A stretch of DNA of 51,199 nucleotides from an uncultured Methylococcaceae bacterium (GTDB lineage Bacteria; Pseudomonadota; Gammaproteobacteria; Methylococcales; Methylococcaceae). The translations under genes were made by a program, and so were the position numbers. Within the stretch, counting starts at the first letter, position 1. The number at the start of each line of letters is the position of its first letter. The stretch spans positions 1 to 51,199 of the forward strand of contig CAIWDB010000529.1 of assembly GCA_903911305.1 (NCBI GenBank), given 5' to 3'. A model generated the notes under the pieces. It had not been told where the DNA came from. It saw only the letters and a program-made list of their open reading frames with translations, and made no database searches. Shown here one piece after another: positions 33,043 to 44,556 of the stretch.

Positions 33043-35019
33043 ATGCTTAGATTTTTTGCCACTCACCAAAGCCTGTTGTTACTTGTCCACTTGCTGTTTG
33101 CCACTCAAGAATCCATAAGTGCGTCCATGGTGCAACAAAGGGAGGCTTTTTTGCAAGCCGAACTGGCAATCAAGCAAGGCCGGCCAAACGATGCTGATGC
33201 AATCATGGGTGAACTGAAAGATTACCCATTATTCCCTTACCTGCTTTATCAGAAGCTCTTACTGGAATTGGATAAAACGTCCGTGGTAAAGGATTACCTC
33301 AATCATTACGGGCAGTACAGGGAAGCTATTTTACTACGCCAACGCTGGTTGGAACATCTGGCAAAGCAAAACGAATGGTCGGCTTATTCAACCCATTACC
33401 ATGAAACCGACAATATCAATCTGCAATGCAACTATTTTTTCTCCTTATCCCAGCTAAGTCGTGAAAAAGAAGCCTGGGCTGGCGCAGAAAGACTTTGGCA
33501 AACGGGGAGTTCACTACCCGAAAGTTGTAACCGATTGTTTGACTTGTGGCGGGCAAGTCCACATTTTACCATCGACCATGTTTGGAGGCGGTTTGGTTTG
33601 GCAATGCAAGCTGACAATCTATCTTTAGCCGACAATTTGCAGGCTATGTTGCCACAGGAATTGATGAAGCAAGCCGAGCTATGGAGGCATGTTCATGCGA
33701 ACCCTCGACTTATCCTATCCTGCGAGACGTTAAATCCGCAAGCACCCGTCTCCGCTCAAATATTTTCGCACGGTATAGACCGATTGGCAGCGGATGAACC
33801 CTTGTCGGCACAAATTGCCTGGCTGTCGCACAAAAACCGCTTCGATATTAACCATTTAGAAATTGCACGCTTGGACCGGCGCACAGCTTTGGCATTGGCG
33901 GGTCAGCGGTTGCCTCAGGCGGGTGCTTATTTGCAAGACATCCCGCATGACAACGCCGATGTGCAAACCCGAGCCTGGCAAGTTCGTGCGGCCTTGTCAT
34001 GGCAAGACTGGCCGGGCGTGCTTAAGGCCATAGAACGATTGCCACCTGAAGAAAGAAAATCAGATCAGTGGACTTATTGGAAAGCCCGCTCACTTGAAAG
34101 CCTCGGTGACGAAGAAGGTGCGAAGGAAAATTACCAAATCGCTTCGAAGGTGATGGATTATTTTGGCTTTAACGCTGCCGACCAACTGGGTATGGAGTAT
34201 GCCATTGTCTCAAAGCCGGCAAGAATCGACGAGGTGGAATTGACCCAACTGGCCGAAACCGCCCCATTTCCGGCAATTCGAGAACTTCTCACGCTCAATC
34301 GCGAAGGATGGGCCCGTAGCGAATGGTTTCACGCCATCAAATCACTGTCCTCCGATAGACTGCTTACCGCTGCAAAATTGGCCCAAGGCTGGGGCCAGGA
34401 CAACCTTGCATTGCACACTGCCTCGAAAGCGGGTGCTGGAGATGATTTGTCTTTGCGTTTCCCCCTTGGTTTCAAATCCATACTACTGGAAACTGCCCAG
34501 TTACGTGCTGCCGACCCTTCGATAGTCTATGCCATGGTTCGCAGGGAAAGTGCTTTCGATTCCAATGCTGGCTCCACTGCCGGCGCTAGGGGGCTGATGC
34601 AACTCATGCCATCTACAGGCGAATTGATGGCTCGGCATTTGGGTGAAATGCCGCCCTCTGCGAATTCTCTATTGGAACCCGAGCGGAATTTGCGTTACGG
34701 GATATCCTATTTGAAGGAATTGCTGGATAAGTTCGGCAATCATTTCGCGTTGGCCATAGCCGCCTACAATGCCGGACCTACGCGGGTTGAACGTTGGCTT
34801 CCCGCCGAACACCCACTCCCGGCTGACCTATGGGTTGAAACGATTCCGATCATTGAGACTCGGCAGTATGTCGCAGCGGTATTGTCCTATGCCATAATTT
34901 ACCAAGCCCAATTAAGCCAACCATGGAGAAGGATTCGTGAGTTTCTGCCTGTCGTACCGCCAGGGTCGAAGTCTGCCGCCAAACCTGACCGCTCAGTTTC
35001 GGTTCAGGTTTGCGACTAA
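33043..35019 (+). CDS. slt: soluble lytic murein transglycosylase (Slt70-like)
   Basis: 658 aa. A long superhelical N-terminal region is followed by the catalytic domain with VRRESAFDSNAGSTAGARGLMQLMPSTG and AIAAYNAGPTRV. Confidence 0.85.
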   Translation: MLRFFATHQSLLLLVHLLFATQESISASMVQQREAFLQAELAIKQGRPNDADAIMGELKDYPLFPYLLYQKLLLELDKTSVVKDYLNHYGQYREAILLRQRWLEHLAKQNEWSAYSTHYHETDNINLQCNYFFSLSQLSREKEAWAGAERLWQTGSSLPESCNRLFDLWRASPHFTIDHVWRRFGLAMQADNLSLADNLQAMLPQELMKQAELWRHVHANPRLILSCETLNPQAPVSAQIFSHGIDRLAADEPLSAQIAWLSHKNRFDINHLEIARLDRRTALALAGQRLPQAGAYLQDIPHDNADVQTRAWQVRAALSWQDWPGVLKAIERLPPEERKSDQWTYWKARSLESLGDEEGAKENYQIASKVMDYFGFNAADQLGMEYAIVSKPARIDEVELTQLAETAPFPAIRELLTLNREGWARSEWFHAIKSLSSDRLLTAAKLAQGWGQDNLALHTASKAGAGDDLSLRFPLGFKSILLETAQLRAADPSIVYAMVRRESAFDSNAGSTAGARGLMQLMPSTGELMARHLGEMPPSANSLLEPERNLRYGISYLKELLDKFGNHFALAIAAYNAGPTRVERWLPAEHPLPADLWVETIPIIETRQYVAAVLSYAIIYQAQLSQPWRRIREFLPVVPPGSKSAAKPDRSVSVQVCD

Positions 35020-35071
35020 GCAACGAGTGCATAAGCGATCTAAAATGGTTTTTTTGATTGACGAAGTAAAT

Positions 35072-35110
35072 TTCAGCAGTTTTTTTCTTCCGACTGCTGA
35101 ATTTATTTTT
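35072..35110 (+). terminator. candidate intrinsic terminator after slt
   Basis: 8-bp stem ttcagcag/ctgctgaa with a 14-nt loop, followed by tttattttt. Confidence 0.5.
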
Positions 35111-35169
35111 CAACTGAGCGATAATACGAGCCTTTTTCGAGATCGCTGGTATTAGGAACAATTATAAAA

Positions 35170-35688
35170 ATGCACACTCAGCAAAACAGTTACACGTTGG
35201 AGGAATTGCTTAAATGCGGTCGAGGAGAGTTGTTTGGACCCGGCAACGCGGAGTTACCCCTTCCGCCTATGCTGATGTTCGACCGTATCACCCAAATCAG
35301 CTCAGAAGGTGGCAACCATGACAAAGGCTTGATCGTCGCCGAATTGGACGTAAGGCCGGATTTGTGGTTTTTCGACTGCCATTTTCAAAATGATCCGGTA
35401 ATGCCGGGTTGCCTGGGTTTGGATGCCATGTGGCAGATGGTGGGATTTTATCTTGGTTGGATGGGCGGGCCCGGGCGTGGACGCGCATTGGGTGTGGGCG
35501 AGGTAAAATTCCGGGGGCAGGTATTGCCGCATAATAAGCTGGTAACCTATCGCATTAACTTAAAGCGTGTGATTATGCGAAAGCTAGTCATGGGTATCGC
35601 TGATGCCGAGATGGAATGCGATGGGAAAACCATTTATGAAGCCACCGACCTACGAGTCGGTTTATTCACTTCCACAGACGATTTCTGA
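35170..35688 (+). CDS. fabA: 3-hydroxydecanoyl-ACP dehydratase/isomerase
   Basis: 172 aa. [54 protein letters not shown] is nearly identical to the E. coli FabA active-site region as I recall it. Confidence 0.95.
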   Translation: MHTQQNSYTLEELLKCGRGELFGPGNAELPLPPMLMFDRITQISSEGGNHDKGLIVAELDVRPDLWFFDCHFQNDPVMPGCLGLDAMWQMVGFYLGWMGGPGRGRALGVGEVKFRGQVLPHNKLVTYRINLKRVIMRKLVMGIADAEMECDGKTIYEATDLRVGLFTSTDDF

Positions 35689-35702
35689 GGGAGCTAAAAG
35701 GT

Positions 35703-36920
35703 ATGAGACGAGTAGTAGTAACCGGTATTGGGATTGTATCAAGCCTTGGCAATAATAAAGCTGAGGTTAATGCTTCCTTATTCGACGGAATATCTGGAAT
35801 CTGTTTGAGCGAGGAATATCGTGACATTGGCTTTCGTAGTCATGTGCATGGCCCTATTCGATTAAATCCTGATGAATTGATTGACCGGAAGATCCGCCGT
35901 TTCATGGGTGAAGGGGCCGCGTATAATTACCTAGCCATGGTGGAGGCCATTGCCGATTCTGGTTTGGAAGAAAACTTGGTATCCAATCCGCGAACCGGTC
36001 TAGTCATGGGTTCGGGAGGGCCTTCCACTGCGAATTTGTTATTGGCCGCCGATACATTCCGTGAAAAAGGGGTTAAGAAAGTCGGGCCTTACATGGTTCC
36101 TCGCACCATGAGCAACACCAATTCGGCTTGTCTGGCGACCCCGTTCAAAATCAAAGGCATTAATTACTCCATCAGTTCCGCCTGCGCAACCAGCGCCCAT
36201 TGCATAGGCAATAGCGCGGAACAAATTCAACTTGGCAAGCAGGACATTGTGTTTGCCGGGGGTGGCGAGGAACTGCATTGGACCCTATCTGTGTTGTTCG
36301 ATGCCATGGGTGCGCTGTCATCCAAATACAATGACACCCCGAACACGGCCTCCCGACCTTACGACGAAACCCGGGATGGTTTTGTGATTTCCGGCGGGGG
36401 CGGTGTGTTGGTGCTGGAAGAACTCGGACACGCCAAGGCCCGAGGTGCAAAAATCTATGGTGAATTAGTGGGTTATGGCGCAACATCGGATGGTTATGAT
36501 ATGGTGCAACCATCAGGGGAAGGTGCTGCACGATGCATGAAGCAAGCCATGTCCACCATCCACGAGCCTATCGACTACATCAATGCTCATGGGACTAGCA
36601 CACCGGTCGGCGATGTGAAGGAATTGCAAGCAGTTAAAGATGTTTTTGGCGACCATGTACCGCCGCTGGCTTCAACCAAGTCCCTTTCTGGTCATGCTTT
36701 GGGTGCCGCAGGGGTTCACGAGGCTATTTATTCACTGTTGATGATGCAAGGGAATTTTATCAGTGCATCGGCCAATATCACTCAGCTTGACCCAGGTGCC
36801 GATGGGGTTCCGGTTGTGCTTAACCGGATTGACAATGCCAACTTAAACACAGTGATGTCCAATAGCTTTGGTTTTGGTGGCACGAACGCAACTTTGATTT
36901 TTCAGCGGTATGTCGGATAA
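35703..36920 (+). CDS. fabB: beta-ketoacyl-ACP synthase I
   Basis: 405 aa. It has the active-site Cys block [34 protein letters not shown], the His blocks [12 protein letters not shown] and [12 protein letters not shown], and the C-terminal [11 protein letters not shown]. Confidence 0.95.
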   Translation: MRRVVVTGIGIVSSLGNNKAEVNASLFDGISGICLSEEYRDIGFRSHVHGPIRLNPDELIDRKIRRFMGEGAAYNYLAMVEAIADSGLEENLVSNPRTGLVMGSGGPSTANLLLAADTFREKGVKKVGPYMVPRTMSNTNSACLATPFKIKGINYSISSACATSAHCIGNSAEQIQLGKQDIVFAGGGEELHWTLSVLFDAMGALSSKYNDTPNTASRPYDETRDGFVISGGGGVLVLEELGHAKARGAKIYGELVGYGATSDGYDMVQPSGEGAARCMKQAMSTIHEPIDYINAHGTSTPVGDVKELQAVKDVFGDHVPPLASTKSLSGHALGAAGVHEAIYSLLMMQGNFISASANITQLDPGADGVPVVLNRIDNANLNTVMSNSFGFGGTNATLIFQRYVG

Positions 36921-37785
36921 GCAAGCCGCAGTCCTGCCGCTATCCGAAAAGCAGCGTTTTGAATTCAATAAACTAAAAAAACGATTGCGGCGGCAGGTTG
37001 GCGAAGCCATTGCCGATTACGGAATGATCGAACAAGGAGACAAGGTAATGGTGTGCCTGTCCGGCGGCAAGGACTCTTTCACCCTGCTTGACATTCTACT
37101 AAGCCTCAAACTCAATGCCCCGATCCAATTTGATATTGTCGCAGTCAACTTGGACCAAAAGCAGCCCGGCTTTCCCGAGCATGTTCTGCCGCAATACTTA
37201 ACCGAATGCGGCGTTCCTTTCCACATCATCGAGCAAGACACCTACAGCGTCGTCAAGCGAGTCGTGCCGGAAGGCCAGACCACTTGCGGATTATGCTCAA
37301 GGTTGAGGCGTGGCGCACTCTACCGCTATGCCAGCGACAATGGAATCACCAAAATCGCCTTGGGTCATCATCGGGACGACATTTTGGAAACGTTTTTTCT
37401 AAACCTCTTCCACGGCGGCACACTGAAAGCCATGCCACCCAAATTGCTGAGCGACAACAGCAAGCACATTGTCATTCGTCCATTGGCGTATTGCAAAGAA
37501 AGGGACATCACGGAATACGCACGTCTGCGTGATTTTCCGATCATCCCCTGCAATCTTTGCGGTTCGCAGGAAAATCTGCAACGTCAAGCGATGAAAGAGA
37601 TGCTCAAAGAGTGGGATAAACGCTTTCCAGGGCGACGGGACACTATCTTTGGTGCATTGAAAAATGTCGCGCCCTCGCATCTGGCTGACCCAAACGTGTT
37701 CGACTTCACCAATCTGGAGTCCTTACGCAATAGCCACCGGTGCGAAACCGATAACGACGAAGGCTTGGATATTTTGTCGATGTGA
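36910..37785 (+). CDS. ttcA: tRNA 2-thiocytidine(32) synthetase
   Basis: 291 aa. It has [37 protein letters not shown] (PP-loop), [10 protein letters not shown] and [14 protein letters not shown]. It is collinear with E. coli TtcA. The start overlaps the fabB stop by 11 nt. Confidence 0.9.
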   Translation: MSDKQAAVLPLSEKQRFEFNKLKKRLRRQVGEAIADYGMIEQGDKVMVCLSGGKDSFTLLDILLSLKLNAPIQFDIVAVNLDQKQPGFPEHVLPQYLTECGVPFHIIEQDTYSVVKRVVPEGQTTCGLCSRLRRGALYRYASDNGITKIALGHHRDDILETFFLNLFHGGTLKAMPPKLLSDNSKHIVIRPLAYCKERDITEYARLRDFPIIPCNLCGSQENLQRQAMKEMLKEWDKRFPGRRDTIFGALKNVAPSHLADPNVFDFTNLESLRNSHRCETDNDEGLDILSM

Positions 37786-37901
37786 GCGGCCCTGCGTTTC
37801 GATTGGAAGTGCGAAAGCTTAAACTGACATTCAGTGCACCAGGCGACATGGCATCTTTTGCTTAGCCGCCAGCTACACCCAATCCAAACTCAAAACCACG
37901 C

Positions 37902-39878
37902 TTATCTAACCACCATATTAACCGCCTCAATGGATTCGCGTAGCTTTGACGAAGCCAGCCGATAACGTCGATCAGCCACTGAACACAATCCGCCCGTCAT
38001 CATCAGCAACCCACCCAACCAAATCCAACGTATGAACGGTTTGACGTAAACGCGGACGGTCCAAGCCCCTTTGTCCATGGGTTCGCCCAAGGCAACATAT
38101 AAATCGCGGAATAAGCCCGGATCAATCGCCGCTTCGGTCATGGTATTGCGTTGCACTTTATAGACTCGCTTCTGCGGTTTGAGATCAGTGACTGGCTTGT
38201 CGTTTTTGGAGACTTCAAAATTACCTTCTTTGGCCCGGTAATTAGGCCCAGAAACATCGGTCACACCCAAAAATTTGAAATTATACCCGCCTATTTCAGT
38301 GGATTCGTTGGGGGCAAGTCGGACTATTTTCTCCACACTATATTGGTTGGACAGCACTGCGCCGACTAAAAACACCGCCGCACCCAAATGTGCGAACGTC
38401 ATCCCGTAAATGCTAGGTGACTGGCTACGCAAACCTTCCCAAACATTGGCCCTAAGACTAATTCGGGCATACAGCGACATTAAAGCACCGGCAGCCAACC
38501 AAATCGCCATACCCAGACCCGCCATGGCTTTAATGTCATCAGCTTTGAAAAATATCGCAACCAAACCTATGCCGATTACCCAAGAAGCCACAAAAACCGG
38601 CCACATCCGTTTGACAATGCGGTTGGCATCGGCTTGTCGCCACGCAAACATCGGTGCAATTCCAGCCAGTAGGAACATTGGAGCCATCACGGGTGCGAAC
38701 ACGGCAGTGAAATAGGGTGAGCCGACCGAGATTTTCCCTAGGCTCAGCGCATCCAGCACCAGCGGATACAGCGTTCCCAATAAAATGCTCGCCGCAGCCG
38801 TCACCAACAGAATGTTATTCAACAGCAACAAGTTTTCTTTGGAAACGAAGGCATAACTCGCATTATCCTTCACCATCGGTGCGCGAATCGCATACAGCAA
38901 CAGCGAACCGCCGACCACCACGCCCAAAAACACCAAGATGAACAAGCCGCGAGTGGGATCGGACGCGAAAGCATGTACCGAGGTTAACACACCGGAACGC
39001 ACGAGGAAAGTGCCCAACAAGCTTAACGAGAACGCAAACAAGGCCAGCAATACCGTCCATGCCTTGAACGCGCCGCGTTTCTCGGTGACTGCCAATGAAT
39101 GCAGCAAGGCCGTTGCCACCAACCACGGCATGAACGAAGCGTTCTCCACTGGGTCCCAAAACCACCAACCGCCCCAACCAAGTTCATAATAAGCCCACCA
39201 AGACCCTAGCGTTATACCGAAGGTCAAGAAAATCCAAGCCACTAAGGTCCAAGGCCGCGACCACCGCGCCCAAGCCGAATCCAAAGACCCCCCCAATAAA
39301 GCCGCTATGGCAAAACTGAACGCCACACTCAACCCCACATAGCCCATGTAAAGCATCGGCGGGTGAATGGTCATGCCGAAATCTTGCAATAGCGGGTTCA
39401 TGTCATTGCCATCCGCAGGCGATGGCACGATACGGTCAAATGGGTTGGACGTAAACAGGATGAATAATTCGATGCCAATGCTGGTCAATGCCATCACACC
39501 CAAGACACGAGCCAACATTTCTTCATTCAAACTGCGACTGAACAGTGTCACCGCGAATGTCCAAAGCCCTAATATGAACGCCCATAACAACATCGAGCCT
39601 TCATGCGCCCCCCACACTGCCGTGATGCGGTAATACAAAGGCAAGGAGCTATTGGAATGTTCGGCAACATATAGCACCGAAAAATCATTGCTGACAAACG
39701 CAATCGCAAGGCAGACAAAAGCGGTCAGCAAAAACAAAAAATGTGAACGGGCCGCCGGTTTGGCGACTGCCATCCACAACGCAATGCCGCTTTGTGCGCC
39801 CCACAGTGGGAATAGGGCTTGGATGACTGCCATCATCAGCGCCATCACTAAAGCAAAATGTCCGAGTTCGGCGATCAT
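37902..39878 (-). CDS. ccmF: cytochrome c-type biogenesis heme lyase subunit CcmF
   Basis: 658 aa, polytopic, with the WWD-type motif GWGGWWFWDPVENASFMPWL. Confidence 0.92.
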   Translation of the reverse strand: MIAELGHFALVMALMMAVIQALFPLWGAQSGIALWMAVAKPAARSHFLFLLTAFVCLAIAFVSNDFSVLYVAEHSNSSLPLYYRITAVWGAHEGSMLLWAFILGLWTFAVTLFSRSLNEEMLARVLGVMALTSIGIELFILFTSNPFDRIVPSPADGNDMNPLLQDFGMTIHPPMLYMGYVGLSVAFSFAIAALLGGSLDSAWARWSRPWTLVAWIFLTFGITLGSWWAYYELGWGGWWFWDPVENASFMPWLVATALLHSLAVTEKRGAFKAWTVLLALFAFSLSLLGTFLVRSGVLTSVHAFASDPTRGLFILVFLGVVVGGSLLLYAIRAPMVKDNASYAFVSKENLLLLNNILLVTAAASILLGTLYPLVLDALSLGKISVGSPYFTAVFAPVMAPMFLLAGIAPMFAWRQADANRIVKRMWPVFVASWVIGIGLVAIFFKADDIKAMAGLGMAIWLAAGALMSLYARISLRANVWEGLRSQSPSIYGMTFAHLGAAVFLVGAVLSNQYSVEKIVRLAPNESTEIGGYNFKFLGVTDVSGPNYRAKEGNFEVSKNDKPVTDLKPQKRVYKVQRNTMTEAAIDPGLFRDLYVALGEPMDKGAWTVRVYVKPFIRWIWLGGLLMMTGGLCSVADRRYRLASSKLRESIEAVNMVVR

Positions 39879-40330
39879 TTTTGATAATCCTTGTAAGCTT
39901 CAGGCGGCAGTTGCCCGCTTTTCTTCAGGGCATCGCCCACTTCCGGCGGCATGTAGTTTTCATCATGCTTGGCAAGCACCTCAGACGCTTCAAAAATTCC
40001 CTGCCCGTTCAATTTGCCAATGGAGATGATGCCTTGCCCCTCTCGGAACAAATCAGGCAAAATCCCAGTAAACACCACTGGCACAGTGGCTACGCCGTCG
40101 GTCACATCAAAACGCACCGTGACCCCTTCTGAACGTTTGACGCTGCCTTTAACGACCAAGCCGCCAACGCGGAAAGTGTAATCCTTCGGCGCCTCGCCCG
40201 AAGTCACTTGGCTAGGCGTATAAAAATACAGCAGATTCTTTTGGAAAGCGGTCAGTGCTAAAAACACTGCACCCGCCACACCGGCCAAGATCAGCCCAAC
40301 TAAAACCATGCGTTTTTGACGAGGGGTCAT
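39875..40330 (-). CDS. ccmE: cytochrome c-type biogenesis heme chaperone CcmE
   Basis: 151 aa. It has an N-terminal anchor, an OB-fold core and the heme-binding His context VLAKHDENYMPPEV. It has ATGA overlaps with both ccmF and ccmD. Confidence 0.92.
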   Translation of the reverse strand: MTPRQKRMVLVGLILAGVAGAVFLALTAFQKNLLYFYTPSQVTSGEAPKDYTFRVGGLVVKGSVKRSEGVTVRFDVTDGVATVPVVFTGILPDLFREGQGIISIGKLNGQGIFEASEVLAKHDENYMPPEVGDALKKSGQLPPEAYKDYQK

Positions 40331-40497
40331 GGTCTGGGCCTCTCTAGCTTGAATAAGCGTTCAATGCTCTTGCGCACCTCGGCATTACGCCGATAGGTTA
40401 AAAACAAATTGAAAACTAAGACGGCAGTGGCAACGCCGTAAGCCGTCCAAACGTAAAAGGCGTAACCGCCCATGGCAAAAAACTGTTCAAGATTCAT
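40327..40497 (-). CDS. ccmD: heme exporter protein CcmD
   Basis: I prefer the internal Met (MNLEQFFAMGGYAFYVWTAYGVATAVLVFNLFLTYRR...), giving about 56 aa. It has a single TM segment, as typical for CcmD. Confidence 0.7.
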   Translation of the reverse strand: MNLEQFFAMGGYAFYVWTAYGVATAVLVFNLFLTYRRNAEVRKSIERLFKLERPRP

Positions 40498-40794
40498 AGC
40501 ATAGATAACGGGTTTAGGTAAATTACGGACGGCATTATGCAAGTCACTTCGGGTATTCCCAATAGATGGTTTCTACCAATTTGAGATGAGTTCATCGCAA
40601 GGGCCTACTCCGAGACAGTGCAAAACCAGTTTCCAAGCAAAAGTGTGGAAAGCAGAATGGGATATGGTAACTTGATTTAGCAAAGTTGGACGGTTATGAC
40701 ATTTTAACTAATTTTATGTCGCATCGTCGCTTTGTTGCCGGGTTTTTTCCTAATTAATGCAATCGTCATGTCCGAAAATTCAAAGAATCCAGCC

Positions 40795-40841
40795 TGTATG
40801 AATAACTGATGTTACGCAACGGCCTAGGGTTGGAGCGTCAA
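40795..40841 (+). repeat. copy B of the short dispersed repeat (core ctgatgttacgcaAcggcctaGgGttggagcgtcaa)
   Basis: It matches 11750..11786 in direct orientation. It lies just 3' of the outer-membrane protein gene, whose stop is at 40855. Confidence 0.55.
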
Positions 40842-40854
40842 AGCCTGTCCTGAC

Positions 40855-41754
40855 TTAAAACTCCACGAACACACGCCAGACCCAATAATCAAACGCAGGC
40901 CGCCCAACCACTTCGAATTCGTGCAACCATTTGACCGACATGGTCACATCACGCCCGCCCCAAACCGGTGTGTACATTAAAGCCGGGCCTATTGTGGAGG
41001 CTTCGATTCGTGGATACAGATACGTGTCCGCCGGCGCGGAATCGGCGGTCATTTGCCGGTAATAACTGCCCGTCACCCCGATGGCGAAATGGTCATGCAG
41101 ATAATGGGCAACCGTATAATCAAAATGGAACTCATCGCCACTTTTATAATCAGTGGAATGATTGACTAGATTGTTCATATAGCCGAAAACCAAATTCAAT
41201 TCATTATGTCCAGGCAGGTTCCACGTCAATTCGGCCAGATGGTCGAAGGTCCAGATGTTTCTGGCCAAATTCAATTCGCCTTTTTGATAATAACCGGTTG
41301 GCGCAACAATGCCTTCAAAAACCAACACCGTCACGTCCGTCCATTTCCAGTTAAGCCCGAATGGTACAAGATAAAAGTCCGCCAGTCCAAACCGTCCTAC
41401 ATTATTGGTGCCGCTATTGTCCCAAGCGCCCATCACGCCTGGATAGACACCCAGCAAATAGTGTCCGCCTAAGATATCCCATTCGGTCACATGGATAATG
41501 CCCGGCATTTCCAAAACCGATCCTGTTTTCCCACTGGTGTCTGCGTAGGTCGCAAAAAAATTATTGAAAAATGTGCCTTTGTCCGGCAACACTGCCACGG
41601 CAAAGTCGCCGTAAAATCCCGGCAAATAATTTGAGCCACCTCCCTCAGTGGCCATCACACTCTGCATCAATAAAAGACCCATGCATGCACAGGACAATTT
41701 TGGCAAAAGACCACCAAGCATATGAAAATTCAATATTTTATTATTCATAACCAT
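40855..41754 (-). CDS. outer-membrane beta-barrel protein of the 'MetA-pathway of phenol degradation' transporter family
   Basis: 299 aa. It has a signal peptide, then EGGGSNYLPGFYGDFAVAV, alternating beta-strand patterns and a C-terminal aromatic residue (VFVEF). This fits the family as I recall it. Confidence 0.65.
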   Translation of the reverse strand: MVMNNKILNFHMLGGLLPKLSCACMGLLLMQSVMATEGGGSNYLPGFYGDFAVAVLPDKGTFFNNFFATYADTSGKTGSVLEMPGIIHVTEWDILGGHYLLGVYPGVMGAWDNSGTNNVGRFGLADFYLVPFGLNWKWTDVTVLVFEGIVAPTGYYQKGELNLARNIWTFDHLAELTWNLPGHNELNLVFGYMNNLVNHSTDYKSGDEFHFDYTVAHYLHDHFAIGVTGSYYRQMTADSAPADTYLYPRIEASTIGPALMYTPVWGGRDVTMSVKWLHEFEVVGRPAFDYWVWRVFVEF

Positions 41755-41941
41755 AAAACGGGTTGAAGTTGTTTACAAAAAGAAACCATTACATTCACCC
41801 CAACAGTAAAATACTCATAGTGAACAACCATTAACCAACGATAGAATATGGGTTATTTTCTTTGAAATTATACGCCAACAATTGCCGGAATCAGTGATTG
41901 ATTAACCAAACCAAGTCCATGACCATTGATAAAACCATATT

Positions 41942-44548
41942 ATGCCACTAGCATTTTTTAGGCTTAAACAACCCGTCAAATTGGAGCAAAAACGCGAGGT
42001 TTTGCTCCATTCATGGATATGGCATGCTTATGTGCGGGCTGCACTGATTCCTTTGCTGATCGTCGAAATGGCCTTGTTGGGTGTCTACCTGTATTCGCAC
42101 GATTGGGCACGTCAAGAGAACATCGCCACCGTCAAAACATTGGCTGAGGAAGAATTAGTGCGCATGGTTGAAAATCAAGCGGAATCGATCACTCAGCAAC
42201 TTGCCGCCGTGTCGCAACTGACGGAACTGTTTCGCTTGGAAACACAAGAGGCTCTGGCACGGTCTTCCACGCCCGGAAATGAAGACCCATCCCGCTATGC
42301 CCTAAGCCCGGAAGGCGTGTTGCATACCAAACAAAAGGATGGCAGGGCCGCTCTCTACTATAGCGGCATAGTGAAAGTAGGGCCATCCGAAAGGGAAAAA
42401 GTTGCCCGTAGCGCACGCATTGATGCGACTATGCAGCGAATCACACGGGTCAATCCGTTGGCGGTGCAAGCCTATTTGAACACCCACGACTCCATGAATC
42501 GGATTTGGCCGTTCATCGACGTACTGTCGCAGTACACACCCAAGATGGATATTCCCTCATTCAATTTTTATTACGAAGCAGACGCAGCCCACAACCCACA
42601 GCGACGCACGGTGTGGACCGATGCCTATCTAGACCCGGCGGGACTGGGTTGGATGGTATCATCCATCTCACCCGTTTATAACGGCAACTTTCTGGAAGGC
42701 GTGGTCGGACTAGACATCACCTTGGATGCCATTATCAAGCAAGTCTTGGCTTTGCCTATCCCTTGGCAAGGTTTCGCGGTGTTGGTTAGCAAGGAAGGGG
42801 TTTTATTGGCGCTGCCTAAAAAGGGTGAAGCCGTGCTTGGGCTGAAGGAGTTGCTGACCCACGATTACACAGAAGCCATACGTGAAGAACAATTCAAACC
42901 TGACGAATTTAATATCTTCCGCCGAAAAGACATGGGCATGCTGGGCATGGCATTGTCAGAACGGGAAAAAGGCTTCGCCCCCATACACTTTGCCGAGCCT
43001 TATCTGGTAGCGTGGAAAACGCTGCCCGCCACCGGATGGCGACTGGTGGTGTTTGCCCCCGAAAACGAGATTTTCAAACCGGCCCGACATTTGGCAGACC
43101 GATTGACAAAAGTGGGTTGGTGGCTGCTGGGGGGGTTGATAGTATTCTATGCGGTATTTTTCTGTTTCCTGTACTGGCGGGCAATACGGGTTAGTAGAGA
43201 CATTGCCGACCCACTGATGGGTATTGAAGAAATGGCTAAACGGATCGGTGAAGGCGACTTTGCCCCCGAACCCCCTCGGTTTAAAGTTCGAGAATTTCAA
43301 AATACTGTCCATCAAATGTTGCTGACTGGCGAAAAGCTAGGCATTGCAGAACATCAACTTCGAGAAGCCACAAAGCTTGCCGAAAATGCAAACCGCGCCA
43401 AAAGCGAATTTCTCGCCAACATGTCTCATGAGATACGCACCCCGATGAATGGCATCATCGGTCTGTCACAACTGGCGTTAAATCAAGATGTCAACCTCGA
43501 AACGAGGGATTTTTTATCTAACATTCTTGTATCATCACAAAATCTATTGGGCATTCTGAACGACATTTTAGACATATCCAAAATTGAGGCCGGTCGCATG
43601 GCCTTGGAAAAAACACCATTTGAGTGGGACATTGTGCTGTATTCCCTTCGCAGCCTGTTTGAGGAACCTGCTCGAAGCAAAGGTTTGGATTTTCAAATTC
43701 AGGCAGACAGTAACATACCGCCATGGCTGAATGGTGACTCCCTGCGCCTACGACAAATCCTCGCCAATTTGCTCGGCAATGCGATCAAATTCACTGAGCA
43801 AGGGAGCATCACCTTGAAAGTCACATTGAAACAATGCAAAGGCTCGAAAGCACGGCTGAATTTCAGCGTGACAGACACCGGGATCGGAATCAGCGAAGAG
43901 GACCAACACAAATTGTTCAAACCTTTTAGCCAAGTGGACGGTAGCATCACCCGACGCTTTGGCGGATCAGGATTGGGGTTGGCCATCAGCCATAAGCTTT
44001 TGCAGTTGATGGGCAGCTCATTTACAGTCAATAGCCAACAGGGATTGGGTACGACATTCGATTTTGAACTAGAGATAGAGATAGCCCACAAACCCTATAT
44101 GGCTACCCCAAGTCAAAAAAACCAACCCACTGAACCCGGCAAACTTGCTCAAACCCTTGCTGAAAAGGCCGCCAAACTAGCAGGTGTGCGAATCCTAGTG
44201 GCGGAAGACAATTTGGTCAACCAAAAGGTCGCTATGAAGTTCTTACAACTATCTGGGCTGAAGGTGGAGGCGGTCGTTAACGGAGAACAGGCACTTGCCA
44301 TTCTTGAGGAGCAGGAGTTTGAGGCCATACTGATGGATGTGCATATGCCTATCATGGACGGAATGGAAGCCACGCGCCGCATTCGAGCCAGTTCGTCACC
44401 TTATAGTGACATACCTATCATCGCCTTATCCGCCGGGGTGACTTTGGAAGAGCAGTCAAAATGCCTTGAATCCGGCATGAACGACTTTTGTGGCAAACCC
44501 TTCACCCCAGACGATTTGATCAAAACAATCAACCGGTGGGTCAGGTGA
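41942..44548 (+). CDS. hybrid sensor histidine kinase/response regulator with an extracytoplasmic Cache-like domain
   Basis: 868 aa. A ~330-aa region lies between TM1 and TM2, with [22 protein letters not shown] (Cache-like). Then come a HAMP domain, the H-box [29 protein letters not shown] and GSGLGLAIS. The C-terminal receiver has [11 protein letters not shown] and [12 protein letters not shown]. Confidence 0.9.
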   Translation: MPLAFFRLKQPVKLEQKREVLLHSWIWHAYVRAALIPLLIVEMALLGVYLYSHDWARQENIATVKTLAEEELVRMVENQAESITQQLAAVSQLTELFRLETQEALARSSTPGNEDPSRYALSPEGVLHTKQKDGRAALYYSGIVKVGPSEREKVARSARIDATMQRITRVNPLAVQAYLNTHDSMNRIWPFIDVLSQYTPKMDIPSFNFYYEADAAHNPQRRTVWTDAYLDPAGLGWMVSSISPVYNGNFLEGVVGLDITLDAIIKQVLALPIPWQGFAVLVSKEGVLLALPKKGEAVLGLKELLTHDYTEAIREEQFKPDEFNIFRRKDMGMLGMALSEREKGFAPIHFAEPYLVAWKTLPATGWRLVVFAPENEIFKPARHLADRLTKVGWWLLGGLIVFYAVFFCFLYWRAIRVSRDIADPLMGIEEMAKRIGEGDFAPEPPRFKVREFQNTVHQMLLTGEKLGIAEHQLREATKLAENANRAKSEFLANMSHEIRTPMNGIIGLSQLALNQDVNLETRDFLSNILVSSQNLLGILNDILDISKIEAGRMALEKTPFEWDIVLYSLRSLFEEPARSKGLDFQIQADSNIPPWLNGDSLRLRQILANLLGNAIKFTEQGSITLKVTLKQCKGSKARLNFSVTDTGIGISEEDQHKLFKPFSQVDGSITRRFGGSGLGLAISHKLLQLMGSSFTVNSQQGLGTTFDFELEIEIAHKPYMATPSQKNQPTEPGKLAQTLAEKAAKLAGVRILVAEDNLVNQKVAMKFLQLSGLKVEAVVNGEQALAILEEQEFEAILMDVHMPIMDGMEATRRIRASSSPYSDIPIIALSAGVTLEEQSKCLESGMNDFCGKPFTPDDLIKTINRWVR

Positions 44549-44556
44549 AAATCAAA

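Noticed and set aside
36910-36920. The 11-nt fabB/ttcA overlap as a recoding or frameshift site.
   Set aside because: Both reading frames are complete and collinear with their E. coli counterparts. This is an ordinary start/stop overlap.
11787-40794. Interpreting the two direct repeats as attL/attR of a 29-kb integrated element.
   Set aside because: The enclosed segment is full of core genes (fabAB, ttcA, slt, ccmDEF). It has no integrase or other mobility genes and has several convergent or divergent housekeeping operons.
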